DNA of 64,000 bases from Octopus vulgaris (GCA_951406725.2 OX597830.1:1178001-1242000), one strand, 5' to 3'; counted from the first letter of the stretch, positions 41,330 to 58,362 are shown. Made by a program: numbers and translations. The notes: generated from the sequence alone by a model not told the origin.

Positions 41330-41514
41330 TATATATATATATATGCATATATATATGCATATATACATATATATGCATATATATATATATATATATATGC
41401 ATATATATATATGCATATATACATATATATGCATATATATATGTATATGCATATATATATATATATGCATATATATAGGCATATATACATATATATATAT
41501 TTATATATATATAT

Positions 41515-43549
41515 GATTTTGATTTTGATTTTTCCAGTTTCAGCTAATGAGGTGTGGCCATGCTGGGGCACCGCCATTTGGTTTGCTACACGGGTTTACC
41601 TCACGGATGCTTTTTAGCAAACGCCATCTGATGCTTGAGAGAGTTCGATGCAGCTGCCCTCATCTGCACATCCTGTCGTGAAGTTGGTTCATCCGGGACA
41701 CCTGACAGGAAGAGATCCAGTCCTACTTTAAAGACATCCGCATCTATACCATGCAGGTCCCTCAGGTTCTTCGGGAGGACATTGAAGAGCCGTGGAACTC
41801 TGAAGCCCAGGCTATCACAATATCTTGTCCTCCATCTTGATGGCAAATTTGGAGTCCTTGGTACTACGCAGTGGCGTCCGGTTCTGGCGTTTGTGTGACT
41901 CTCGATGCCAAAGTCTGGGACAAGACCTTCCAGGATCTTCCAGATATATATTATGGCATATCTTTCTCGCCTACGCTCCAGGTAATAGAGCTTTAATCTC
42001 TTGAGTCTCTCCCAGTAGCTCGTGTTCTGCATAGAGGCTATCTTCTTCGTGTAGCTTCGTTGGATCGCCTCAAGTTCTGTGATCAACTTGACACTGGATG
42101 GTGACCATAGCTGAGAGCAATAGTCAAAGTGGCTTAGGATAAGTGTCCTCCAGAGGACCATCATGGTTTCTTGTTCTCTTGTTCTAAAGGTTCTAAGAAT
42201 CCATCCAGCCAGCCGTCTGCATTTCATTGTTAGTTTAGCAACATGTACATGAAAGGTCGCGTCATCACTCATGTAAATACCCAGGTTACGCACTGATTGT
42301 GCCTCTGGGATTGCAATCCCTCCGTGTCCAGTGTATTCATTGGGTATTGCATTCAGTTTTGCATGCTGATAGTATAAAGCTTGAAATTTTCAGCATTGAA
42401 CTGCATGCTATTCTTTTCAGCTCACTTGTATATTTCGTCCAGCTCACATTGCAGGTGCTTAGTGTCTTCAGGCTTCTGTATTGCCTGTGAAACTTTTGTA
42501 TCATCTGCATAACTTGTGATCGTGGCTCTCCGCGTGGCTGAGGGCATGTCTGAGAGGGCCATTTTGAACAGCAGTGGTCCCAAAACAGTTCCCTGTGGAA
42601 CACCGCTCACTATTTGCGTGCTAATGGAAGTGGCCCCATTGGCTGCTACCACCTGACTTCTATTCTTCAGAAAGACATGAAGCCATTCTGCTAGTTTTCC
42701 AACTATGCCAAGATCACGCAGTTTGTGACATATCATTCCATGATCGATTTTATCGAAGGCCTTTGCGAAGTCGAGATATATGACTTCCACATTTGAGTGG
42801 TTGAGCAGTTGTTTCAGCACCCAGTCATAGTGCTGCAGGAGCTGAGTTAAGCAGCTTCTTCCTGGTCGGAAACCATGTTGGGTGTCAGGCAGCAAGTCAT
42901 TTTCTTCAAAGAAGGTGATTAGTTTCCTTCTGACTATTCGTTCCATGACCTTGCTGATGTGTGAGGTCAGAGAGATAGGTCTGTAGTCCTTGGCCTCCGC
43001 TCTGCTACCTCTTTATGAATAGGGCATATTTTACCTTCCTTCAGTTTTCTTGGAAGTTTGCCAGCTGCAAGGAAGCTCTGAAAGAGGAACTGCAGTGGTC
43101 TTGCTAGGACTCTCTTACATACTTTTAGGAGGATTGCCGGGAATCCATTGGGGCCAATAGCTGAGTTTGTTTTCATTTCATCTATAGCCTTTATTACATC
43201 GTCTTCCTTTATATCGATGTAATTTATCGTCGCCGCCTCTGATTTTATATCTGCAGTGGTAAAGAAGTCAGTTGGATTGCTGATTTGGAAATGCCCAAGG
43301 GGTGGAGTGAAAACACTCTTGAATTGTTCATTCAGTATTTCACTTACCCTCATTGGTTTTCCTGTGAGTGTGCCATCGTTTTCAAGCAGTGGTCCTATCC
43401 TACAGTGTACCGTAGCTGTTTCTTTGGCATACCTGTAGAAAGCTCTGGGGTTAGTTTTTATGTTGTCTATAGCCCAGGCTTCTTTGTCTGCTCTTTCCTT
43501 CTCATGGGAGAGTTGCAGACAATTTTCAATTTCCAACAGTTTTCTTTTC
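41515..43549 (-). mobile_element. LINE family A (subfamily A2, ends KKHP, (AAAATC)n tail), 5'-truncated
   Basis: RT motifs split by frameshifts and stops; distinct 3' UTR and tail. Confidence 0.95.
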
Positions 43550-44423
43550 AAGGGTCCCAAGACTGTGCCCTGTGGCACCCCGCTAGCTAGTGGTGTCTTT
43601 CCCGAGAGGGCTCCATTGGCTGCAACCATCTGGTTTCTGTCCTTCAGGAAGTCATGTATCCACTCACCTACTTTTCCTGTTATGCCGAGTCTGAGTAATT
43701 TGTGACATATCACTCCGTTGTCGACTTTGTCAAAGGCCTTCGCAAAGTCGAGATATACCACATCCACCTGTGAGCGATCCAGTAGTTGTTTCAGTACCCA
43801 GTCGTAGTGTTGTAACAGCTGCGTAAGGCAGCTTCTTCCTGGGCGAAAGCCATGCTGTGTGTCAGTGAGATGGTTAGTTTCTTCGAGGAACGTGATCAGT
43901 TTTTTCTGATGATTCGTTCCATGACCTTACATATGTGTGACGTCAGGGAGACTGGCCTGTAGTTTTTGGCCTCTGCTCTACTCCCTCCTTTGTGGATAGG
44001 GCATATGGTGCCTTCTTTTAGCGCCCTGGGCAGTTTACCGTTAGCCAAGGAACCACTGAAGAGCATCTTCAGTGGTCCCGCTAGGGCATGCCTGCATGCT
44101 TTTAGGAGGACTGCTGGGAATCCATCGGGTCCAGCAGCTGAGTTTATTCTCATTTCTTCTATGGCAGATATTACATCCCTCTCTGTTATGTCTATGTGGT
44201 CGATGGTTGTCGTTTGGTTTTGGAGTGTTGTGGCATCAAAGAAAACTTCTGGGTTTGTGATTTGCATGTGCCCCAGAGGGGATGTGAATACACTTTTATA
44301 CTGTTCCTTAAGTATTTCACTTATCCCTCGGGGGTCCTCAGTTAGAGAGCCCTTTTTATCAAAGAGTGGGCCAATCTTGCAGTGTAACGAGGTGGTTTCT
44401 TTCGCAAATTTAAAGAAGGCTTT
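43550..44423 (-). mobile_element. LINE family B internal fragment fused in frame to the A2 copy
   Basis: [33 protein letters not shown], then switches to family A KLLEIEN. Confidence 0.92.
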
Positions 44424-45944
<1,521 letters not shown>

Positions 45945-47192
45945 GATAAAGTCGATCATGGAATGATATGTCACAAACTGCGTGATCTCAACATAGTTGG
46001 AAAACTTGGAGAATGGCTTCATGACTTTCTGAAGGATAGAAGTCAGGTGGTAGTAGCCAATGGGGCCACCTCCATTAACACGCAAATAGTGAGCGGTGTT
46101 CCGCAGGGCACTGTTCTGGGACCACTACTGTTCATAATGGCCCTCTCAGACATGCCCTCAGCCACGCAGAGAGCCACGATCACAAGTTATGCAGACGATA
46201 CAAAAGTTTCACAGGCAATACAGAACCCTGAGGACACTAAACACTTGCAATGTGAGCTGGACAAAATATACAAGTGGGCTAAAAACAATAGCATGCAGTT
46301 CAATGCAGGAAAGTTTCAAGCTTTATACTATCAGCATGCAAAACTGAATGCAATACCCAATGAATACACTGGACCCGGAGGGATTGCAATCCCAGAGGCA
46401 CAATCAGTGCGTGACCTGGGTATTCACATGAGTGATGACGCGACCTTTCATGTACATGTTGCTAAACTGACAATGAAATGTAGACGGCTGGCTGGCTGGA
46501 TTCTTAGAACCTTTAGAACAAGAGAACAAGAAACCATGATGGTCCTCTGGAAGACACTTGTCCTAAGCCACTTTGACTATTGCTCTCAGCTATGGTCACC
46601 ATCCAGTGTCAAGTTGATCACAGAACTTGAGGCGATCCAACGAAGCTACACAAAGAAGATAGCCTCTATGCAGAATGTAAGCTACTGGGAAAGACTCAAG
46701 AGATTAAAATTATATTCCCTGGAGCGTAGGCGGGAAAGATATGCCATAATATACATCTGGAAGATCCTGGAGGGAAGTGTCCTGAACTTTGGCATCGAGA
46801 GTTACGCAAATGCCAGAACTGGGCGCCATTGCGTGGTGCCTAGGACTCCAAACCTGCCATCAAGATGTAGGACATGATTTTGTGATAGCCTGGTCTTCCG
46901 AGGCCCACAGCTCTTCAATATCCTCCCGAAGAACCTGAGAGACCTGCATCGGGTGGATACAGATGTCTTTAAAATGAAACTGGATCTCTTCCTGTCAGGT
47001 GTCCCAGATGAACCAACTTCACGGCAGGAGGGGCAGATGAGGGCAGCTGCATCGAACTCTCTCATGCACCAAATAGCAGTTGCTAGAAAGCCTCCATGAA
47101 GTGAAACCAAGTAGCAACACCAAATGGCGGTGCCCCAGCATGGCCACAGCTCATAAGCTGAAACTAGAATCAATCAATCAATCAATCAATCA
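45945..47192 (+). mobile_element. LINE family A (A1), 5'-truncated, near-duplicate of 40033-41271
   Basis: DKVDH..YADDTK..; shares rare variants with the 40-41 kb copy; AATC tail. Confidence 0.95.
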
Positions 47193-47394
47193 TATATATG
47201 CATATATATATATGCATATATATATATATATCTGCACATAAATATAGATATATATATGCATATATATATATATATATGCATATATATATATACATATATA
47301 TATATATATCTGCACATATATATATATATATGCATATATATATATATATGCATATATATATATATATATATGCATATAAATATATCTATATATA

Positions 47395-47428
<34 letters not shown>

Positions 47429-47512
47429 TATAAATATATCTATATATATATATATGCATATAAATATATATATATTTATATATATATGCATATATATATA
47501 TATATATATATA

Positions 47513-47622
<110 letters not shown>

Positions 47623-47635
47623 TATATATATATGC

Positions 47636-49193
47636 ATACTGAATGAACAATTCAAGAGTGTTTTCACTCCACCCCTTGGGCATTTCCAAATCAGCAATCC
47701 AACTGACTTCTTTACCACTGCAGATATAGAATCAGAGGCGGCGACGATAAATTACATCGATATAAAGGAAGACGATGTAATAAAGGCTATAGATGAAATG
47801 AAAACAGACTCAGCTATTGGCCCCGATGGATTCCCGGCAATCCTCCTAAAAGTATGTAAGAGAGTCCTAGCAAGACCATTGCAGTTACTCTTTCAGAGCT
47901 TCCTTGCAGCTGGCAAACTTCTAAGAAAACTGAAGGAAGGTAAAATATCCCATATTCATAAAGAGGTAGCAGAGCGGAGGCCAAGAACTACAGACCTATC
48001 TCTCTGACCTCACACATCAGCAAGGTCATGGAACGAATAGTCAGAAGGAAATTAATCACCTTCCTTGAAGAAAATGACTTGCTGCCTGACACCCAACATA
48101 GATTCCGACCAGGAAGAAGCTGCTTAACTCAGCTCCTGCAGCACTATGACTGGGTGCTGAACCAACTGCTCAACTACTCAAATGTGGAAGTCATATATCT
48201 CGACTTTGCAAAGGCCTTCGATAAAGTCGATCATGGAATGATACGTCACAAATTGTGTGATCTTGGCATAGTTGGAAAACTAGGAGAATGGCTTCATGAC
48301 TTTCTGAAGAATAGAAGTCACGTGGTAGCAGCCACTTCCATTAGCACGCAAATAGTGAGCGGTGTTCCACAGGGCACTGTTTTGGGACCACTACTGTTCA
48401 TAATCCCAGAGGCACAATCAGTGCGTGACCTGGGTATTCACATGAGTGATGACGCGACCTTTCATGTACATGTTGCTAAACTGACAATGAAATGTAGACG
48501 GCTGGCTGGATGGATTCTTAGAACCTTTAGAACAAGAGAACAAGAAACCATGATGGTCCTCTGGAAGACACTTGTCCTAAGCCACTTTGACTATTGCTCT
48601 CAGCTATGGTCACCATCCAGTGTCAAGTTGATCACAGAACTTGAGGCGATCCAACGAAGCTTCACGAAGAAGATAGCCTCTGTGCAGCATACGAGCTACT
48701 GGGAGAGACTCAAGAGATTAAAGCTCTATTCCCTGGAGCGTAGGCGAGAAAGATATGCCATAATATATATCTGGAAGATCCTGGAAGGTCTTGTCCCAGA
48801 CTTTGGCATCGAGAGTCACACAAACGCCAGAACCGGACGCCACTGCGTAGTACCAAGGACTCCAAATTTGCCATCAAGATGGAGGTCAAGATATTGTGAT
48901 AGCCTGGGCTTCAGAGGCCCACGGCTCTTCAATAGCCTCCCGAAGAACCTGAGGGACCTGCATGGTGTTGATGCGGATGTCTTTAATTAGGACTGGATCT
49001 CTTCCTGTCAGGTGTCCCGGATGAACCAACTTCACGGCAGGAAGTGCAGATGAGGGCAGCTGCATCGAACTCTCTCAAGCATCAGATGGCGTTTTCTAAA
49101 AAGCATCCGTGAGGTAAACCCGTGTAGCAAACCAAATGGCGGTGCCCCAGCATGGCCACAGCTCATTAGCTGAAACTGGAAAAATCAAAATCA
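47636..49193 (+). mobile_element. LINE family A (A2-like), 5'-truncated, with a 252-nt in-frame deletion removing YADD
   Basis: GPLLFI joined to IPEAQS through an AAT microhomology at 48402-48404; AAAATC tail. Confidence 0.93.
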
Positions 49194-49239
49194 GTTTCAA
49201 ATTATGAACTTCATAATTTGAAACTGACTTATTGGAAGT

Positions 49240-49282
49240 CCACCTGAAGATTGTCGATCAAGACAAGAAACAATTGTAGTGG
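49240..49282 (+). ncRNA. Minimal type I hammerhead ribozyme in a pLTR-like segment (49194-49376)
   Basis: ccac-CTGAAGA-ttgtc-gatcaa-gacaa-GAAA-caattg-TA-gtgg; all core positions intact; predicted cleavage after 49278. Confidence 0.9.
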
Positions 49283-49369
49283 CGGTTTTTTTGACTTTTT
49301 ATTAAAATTTTATGTATTGATTAAGTCTTTCCTTGTTTGTTTTGCAAAATAGTGGTTTTGTCTCTAATA

Positions 49370-49376
<7 letters not shown>

Positions 49377-49461
<85 letters not shown>

Positions 49462-49852
49462 TATATATATATATATATATATATATGCATATATATATAT
49501 CTATCTATATATATATATATGCATATATGTATATATATATGAATATATATATATATACGCATATATATATATATATATGCATATATATGTATGCATATAT
49601 ATATATATGCATATATATGCATATATATATATGCATATATATATGCATATATATGCATATCTATATATGCATATATATATATATATCTATTTATATATAT
49701 ATATGCATATATAGATATATATAAATATAAATATATATATATATATGCATATATATATATATATATGCATATATATATATATATATGCATATATATAGAT
49801 ATATATATATATATATGCATATATATATATGCATACATACATATATATATAT

Positions 49853-49905
<53 letters not shown>

Positions 49906-49927
49906 TATATACATATATATATATATA

Positions 49928-49968
<41 letters not shown>
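49377..49968. repeat. (TA)n/TATGCA array
   Basis: Direct inspection. Confidence 0.97.
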
Positions 49969-49971
<3 letters not shown>

Positions 49972-50007
49972 GAAACAAGTCAAAAATAGAAAATGCTAAG
50001 ATAATGC

Positions 50008-53000
50008 CTGATTGTGCCTTTGGGATTGCAATCCCTCCGGGTCCACTGTATTCATTGGGTATTGCATTCAGTGCACCGTAGCTGTTTCTTTGGCATACCT
50101 GTAGGAAGCTCTGGGGTTAGATTTTAAGTTGTCTATAGCCCAGGCTTCTTTGTCTGCTCTTTCCTTTTCATGGGAGAGTTGCAGACATTTTTCAATTTCC
50201 AACAGTTTTAGTTTCAGGCGGGACTTTTCACTGCTTTCAATCTGTTTGTTTAGGCGATTTGAAATTTTTGTACGCCGTCTCATTAAATTTTCCTCTCTCT
50301 GGGGATTTTTTTCTTGTGTACTGTAGCCTTTCTCTCTGGGACACATTTGTAGCATATGGCTTGCGTTACAGACATGAATTGTTGAAGTTTCACGTCGATG
50401 TCTGGCGAGGAGAGACATTTAGGCCAGTTTTGTTTGAGGATCTCTTTCTCAATTTGTTTCCAGTTTGCCTTATTGAAGTTCAAGCTGGAAAGATTCTGAG
50501 GGTTTCTTGTAGGCTGCATGTCCGTACATGGTCAGCTCTACCATGTTGTGATCCGAGAGTAGTGTCGGTGTCACTTTCACATTATGGATGAGATCCATAT
50601 TATTTGTGGAGCAGAGATCCAGTGTGTTACCTGCCCTGGTTGGTTGGAGTATTACTTGCTCCATGTACACGGTGTTGATGAGGTTCAGGAGGGACCTCGC
50701 CTGTCCTCGTTCACATCTTGTCATACCTGGGAGAGAAAGGCCCTCGGGCCATCTGACATTGGGTAGATTGAAGTCCCCCATAAGAAGTACACTTATGTGT
50801 TGTTCTAATGTGATCAGAACTTCTTCTATTTTTATAAGGCAGTCTTCAAACTTGCCTACATGGCTTGGAGCATCTGGAGGGCGATATGTAGCACACACAA
50901 CTACATCAAGTTGCCTTATATGTACAATTAGTGTGTCACACACCGAGTTTGAGTATGACAAAAGGACAAAAGGACCTGGGGTGTGAGGTCTTCACGGATG
51001 TACATAGCAACTCCTTCATGACTCGTTTCTTTTCTGTCGGTCCGTAGTACAACATACTGTGATATGTGTAATTCCGCATCTGCTATGTCCGGTTTCAGGT
51101 GCGTTTCCGTAAGTGATTGCATGCAACAAAGTCTCTCAAGAACGGGATTTTTGTCCTGTTACTGAGTGTTTGCAGTCCTCTGATGTTCAGTAGGAGCATC
51201 GAGGTGAGGTGTATGCTGTTGCCGGCGGTGTCCACCTTGGGTCTGTTTGCTGTGGTGGTCTTGTATATTGTGGGTAGTCCCATCTGCGAGCTTGGGTTTG
51301 ATGAAACCAGGTTAGCTGCTGTACAACCTTTTGTGCCATGCACAGAAATGTTACTTGCTCAGCAGCTGCCCTTTCAACAACATCATGTTGGCGGTTTGTG
51401 GCACGCACCACATCTGCGTACCTCCGTTTTGGGACAGGTGGTGCGTGGTCCATCCCTTTGCCTTTTGTTGATGGTTTGTTTCTTATCTGTTTCGTGTCTC
51501 TGCGACAGGGTCCCCGATGTGCAAAGCGGCAGCCTGCACCTTCCTCTCGATGCCAGCAGGTACCTCTCAGGTAGAACCTACACACCCGTGTGCGCTGTTT
51601 GTTTCCATCCTTTTTGGTATATGGATAGTCAGTTCCACTTCTGTTCCTGGCTGTTTCACCCTTTGGTCCTGCTTGAACTTTTCTTTTAGTTCTTTTAGTT
51701 CTTCCTCCCTCCATTTTTTCCTTGGGTTCTTCGTCTCCATGGCCTTTGTTGCTGGTAGGAGCATTTGCACTTGGGTTCACTTCCTGGGCAGGTTTCTCCC
51801 TCGAAACCTCTTCCCGGGGTGTCCACCAGGTGGGGGTGACTTCTTTCATCAGCACCCGCGTCTTCATCCTTTCCATCTTTGCCTTGTTCGTTCTCAAAGA
51901 TGGCATCAAGCGTGCCAATGTGAGATCGTACAAGCGCATAGGAGCGTATGAACTCCTGCTTCTTCCATTCTATCTGAGCTATTGTCTTTTTATAGCTACC
52001 GCTCTTCAGCGCAGCCGTAATTAAATTGTTAGGGTTATCTCCGTCGGCGCATTTCCAGGCTCGTACGAACAACGCCAATTCGTCACGTCTCCAGGCTCTG
52101 GACATGTTGGATACTCTATCTATTTATCTATCTAATTATGTTTAAAATTTAATAGTGTGACAAAGGGCAGAGAAGAAGTAGAGAAAGAAAGTGACTGTGT
52201 ATTTAGAGAGATTGAGAACTGAGAGAAGATAAGATGATATTTTATTTATTTATCTACCTAATTATATCTATCTAGTTATATCTATCTATTATATCTAATT
52301 CATCTATCTAATTATATTTAAAATTTAACGGTGTGATGGAGGGTGGAGAAGAAATAGAGAAAGTGAGTGAGAAGGAAAGTGACTGTGTATTTAGAGAGAT
52401 TGAGAGCTGTGCGACTATATATTTAGAAAAATTGAGAGGCTGAGAGAGGAAAGATTGTGACAGAGAGAAGTGGAGAAGTGAAGAGACAAGGAAAGATTGA
52501 ACGGCTGAAAGAAGAGAGATGGTGTGATAGAGAGAAGTAAAGAGACAGAGGGAGAAAGAGAAGAAAGAGAGGGGGTTACGAAGCTGCAATAAAAATGAAA
52601 GATTTAGAGAATGAGAGATTATTAACAGGAAAGCTGAAATAGGAAATAATAGATTCTGAAATAAAGACGGAAAGATTATTAAAGTTCGCGTCTATGCATA
52701 TATACGCATATATATACACATACACGTGCACATATATACACAAACGGAGAGAGAGCAATAGGAAATAATAGATTCTAAAATAAAGACGGAAAGATTATTA
52801 AAGTTCGCGTCTATGCATATATATACACGTGCACACACACACACATATATACACAAACGGAGAGAGAGAGGAGGTAGAAAAAAGAAAGTGAGGAAAATAT
52901 ATTAAAATATATTAAAGTGTGGAAAAGAAGGGGTTATTTAATTCTAAAGCTAATTACAAGAAGATAGAGGTATGAAAGCGAAAACAGAAATTGAAAGAGA

Positions 53001-53446
53001 GTTATTCTTCGAATGTAAACAAAGTTGGCTTCGTAAATTTTAACGGAGGTGCTAGCTTAAGTTAAGGCAAATAAAATAATGAATAAAATATGAAATAGAA
53101 GATGAAAGTGATACTTATAACAAACGATCACAAACGATGCAGTCTGAATCTTCGTGCTTTACGGAAAAATGTTTCTTTTTCTTTCTTACAGGAGATAAAT
53201 TAATTTAATGAGTTGCCACCATGTGCGTTTTCGGCGAAATAAAATTTACTGTATACATTTGGCTTCAGGCAAAATATATTACGTTTTTGATTAATATATT
53301 TTTACTTAATGTGTTGTAGTAGACTTTATGAGTTCAAGTTTTACGTTTTGTTACTTTCAGTAGATTATTTCGCCGATTTATGCAAACTTTTCTGTTTATT
53401 TTCACAAAGAAAAAGCAACACGTCTTTCCTCTGCGAGAACCGGAGC
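50008..53446 (-). mobile_element. LINE family A with intact 5' end (UTR, ORF1 52105-51187 frameshifted, APE), internally deleted and 3'-truncated
   Basis: Homologous to 33751-37020; about 1.05 kb deleted at an ACTG microhomology (50069-50072) joining ..TVH to LNAIPNEY.. Confidence 0.92.
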
Positions 53447-53460
53447 TATATATATATGTG

Positions 53461-53495
<35 letters not shown>

Positions 53496-53640
53496 GTATA
53501 TATATATGTGTATATATATATGTGTATATATATATGTATAAATATATATATGTGTATATATATATATATGTGTATATATATATATATGTATATATATATG
53601 TGTATATATATATGTATATATATATGTATATATATATATC

Positions 53641-53683
<43 letters not shown>

Positions 53684-53832
53684 GTATATGTATATATATA
53701 TGTGTATATATATATGTGTCTATATATATATGTATATGTATATATATATGTGTATATATATATGTGTCTATATATATATGTATATATATATGTGTATATA
53801 TATATATGCATATATATATGTATATATATATG

Positions 53833-53867
<35 letters not shown>

Positions 53868-53942
53868 GTATATATATATGCATGTATATATATATGTCTA
53901 TATATATATATATGTGTATATATATATATGCATATATATATG

Positions 53943-53977
<35 letters not shown>

Positions 53978-54162
53978 TTATATATATATATGTATATATA
54001 TATATATACATATATATATGTGTATATATATATATGCATATATATATATGTATATATATATATGTATATATATATTTATATATATATATATGTATATATA
54101 TATATGTATATATATATATGCATGTATATATATATATGTATTTATATATATGTATATATATA

Positions 54163-54204
<42 letters not shown>

Positions 54205-54340
54205 TATATATATATATAGACACATATATATATACATGCATATATATATATACATATATATATACATATATAACATATAAATATATATATACATATATAT
54301 ATACATATATATATGCATATATATATGCATATATATATTT

Positions 54341-54372
<32 letters not shown>
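53447..54372. repeat. (TA)n array, TATG/TGTG variant flipping to TACA near 54220
   Basis: Direct inspection. Confidence 0.97.
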
Positions 54373-54430
54373 TTCCTTGTATGAAACGATTGTACTAAAA
54401 TCCTATCCATTCTTGTTGCTTCATTCTCGC

Positions 54431-54469
<39 letters not shown>

Positions 54470-54490
54470 TATATATATATATATATATAT

Positions 54491-54879
54491 AATAATAATA
54501 AATATTAGGTCCCCTAAATCCAAATTTACAGGATAAAAATCAGATTTAGTGATTAAATCCAATTTTATAGTAAAATATTATATAATATTTTTATATATTT
54601 TTTTGCAAAACAAACAAGGAAAGACTTAATATACATAAAATTTTAATAAAATTTACGAAAAATGCGCCACTACAATTGTATAAGTACTTGTCAGGATCGA
54701 CAATCAGGTGGATTTCAACAGAGTTTCAAATTTCTTCATAATTTGAAACGGTACTATTTTTTCATAACGTTTTCAAATAGTCAGATCAACCGAAGAGATG
54801 GTGTTATTTTTAATTTTATTAAAATTTTATGTATTGATAACTTTCCTTGTTTGTTTTGCAAAATACCGAGTTTTGTAAT

Positions 54880-54885
<6 letters not shown>
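54491..54885 (-). mobile_element. Penelope pLTR-like segment with decayed hammerhead (54667-54711) plus an oppositely oriented partial copy (54813-54885)
   Basis: Reverse-complement homology to 49194-49376; core reads ccac-CTGA(AGA lost)-ttgtc..gacaa-gtacttata-caattg-ta-gtgg. Confidence 0.75.
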
Positions 54886-54977
<92 letters not shown>

Positions 54978-54983
54978 GCATTT

Positions 54984-57003
54984 ATAAAACTGTTGGAAAT
55001 TGAAAAATGTCTGCAACTCTCCCATGAAAAGGAAAGAGCAGACAAAGAAGCCTGGGCTATAGACAACATAAAATCTAACCCCAGAGCTTGCTACAGGTAT
55101 GCCAAAGAAACAGCTACGGTGCACTATAGAATAGGGCCACTCCTTGAAAAGGATGGCATACTTAGAGGAAAACCAATGAGGGTAAGTGAAATACTGAATG
55201 AGCAATTCAAGAGTGTTTTCACTCCACCCCTTGGGCATCTCCAAATCACCAATCCAACTGACTTCTTTACCACTGCAGATATAAAATCAGAGGCGGCGAA
55301 GATAGATTACATCGATATAAAGGAAGACGATGTAATAAAGTCTATAGATGAAATGAAAACAGACTCAGCTACTGGCCCCGATGGATTCCCGGCAATCCTC
55401 CTAAAAGCATGTAAGAGAGTCCTAGCAAGACCACTGCAGTTCCTCTTTCAGAGCTTCCTTGCAGCTGGCAAACTTCCAAGAAAACTGAAGGAAGGTAAAA
55501 TATGCCCCATTCATAAAGGAGGTAGCAGAGCGGAGGTCAAGAACTACAGACCTATCTCTCTGACCTCACACATCAGCAAGGTCATGGAACGAATATTCAG
55601 AAGGAAACTGATCACCTTCCTTGAAGAAAACGACAAGCTGCCCGACACCCAACATGGTTTCCGACCAGGGAGAAGCTGTTTAACTCAGCTCCGACAACAC
55701 TATGACTGGGTGCTGAAACGGCTGCTAAACCACTCAAATGTGGAAGTGATATATCTCGACTTTGCAAAGGCCTTTGATAAAGTCGATCATGGAATGATAT
55801 GTCACAAACTGCGTGATCTTGGCATAGTTGGAAAACTGGGAGAATGGCTTCATGACTTTCTGAAAGATAGAAGTCAGGTGGTAGTATCCACTTCCATTAA
55901 CACGCAAATAGTGAGCGGTGTTCCGCAGGACACTGTTCTGGGACCACTACTGTTCATAATGGCCCCCTCAGACATGCCCTCAGCCACGCAGAGAGTCACG
56001 ATCACAAGTTATGCAGATGATACAAAAGTTTCACAGGCAATACAGAACCCTGAGGACACTAAACGCCTGCAATGTGAGCTGGACAAAATATACAAGTGGG
56101 CTGCAAAGAATAGCATGCAGTTCAATGCTGAAAAGTTTCAAGCTTTATACAATCAGCATGCAAAACTAAATGCAATACCCAATGAATACATGTACCCGGA
56201 GGGATTGCAATCCCAGATGCACAATCAGTGCGTGACCTGGGTATTTGCATGAGTGATGACGCAACCTTTCGTGTACATGTTGCTAAATTGGCAATGAAAT
56301 GTAGACGACTGGCCGCATGGATTCTCAGAACCTTTAGAACAAGAGAATAAGAAACCATGATGGTCCTCTGGAGGACACTTGTCCGAAGCCACTTTGACTA
56401 TTGCTCTCAGTTATGATCACCATCCAGTGTCAAGTTGATCACAGAGCTCGAGGCGATCCAGCGTAGCTACACGAAGAAGATAGCCTCTATGCAGAATGTA
56501 AGCTACTGGGAAAGACTCAAGAGATTAAAACTATATTCCTTGGAGCGTAGGCGGGAAAGATATGCCATAATATACATCTGGAAGATCCTGGAGGGACGTG
56601 TCCCAAACTTTGGCATCGAGAGTTACACAAATGCCAGACGTGGGCGCCACTGCGCGGTGCCTAGGACTCCAAATTTGCTATCAAGATGTAGGACAAGATA
56701 CTGTGATAGCCTGGGTTTCCGAGGCCCACAGCTCTTCAATATCCTCCCGAAGAACCTGAGAGACCTGCATGGGGTGGATGCAGATGTCTTTAAAATGAAA
56801 CTGGATCTCTTCCTGTCAGGTGTCCCAGATGAACCAACTTCACGCCAGGAGGTGCAGATGAGGGCAGCTGCATCGAACTCTCTCATGCACCAAATGGCAG
56901 TTGCTAAAAAGCTTTCGTGAAGTATAACCAAGTAGCAACACCAAATCGCTGTGCCCCAGCATGGCCACAGCTCATGAGCTGTAACTAGAATCAATCAATC
57001 AAT
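54984..57003 (+). mobile_element. LINE family A, 5'-truncated, RT through (AATC)n tail
   Basis: 419-aa and 161-aa ORFs with RT motifs, separated by a frameshift and stops. Confidence 0.95.
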
Positions 57004-58362
<1,359 letters not shown>

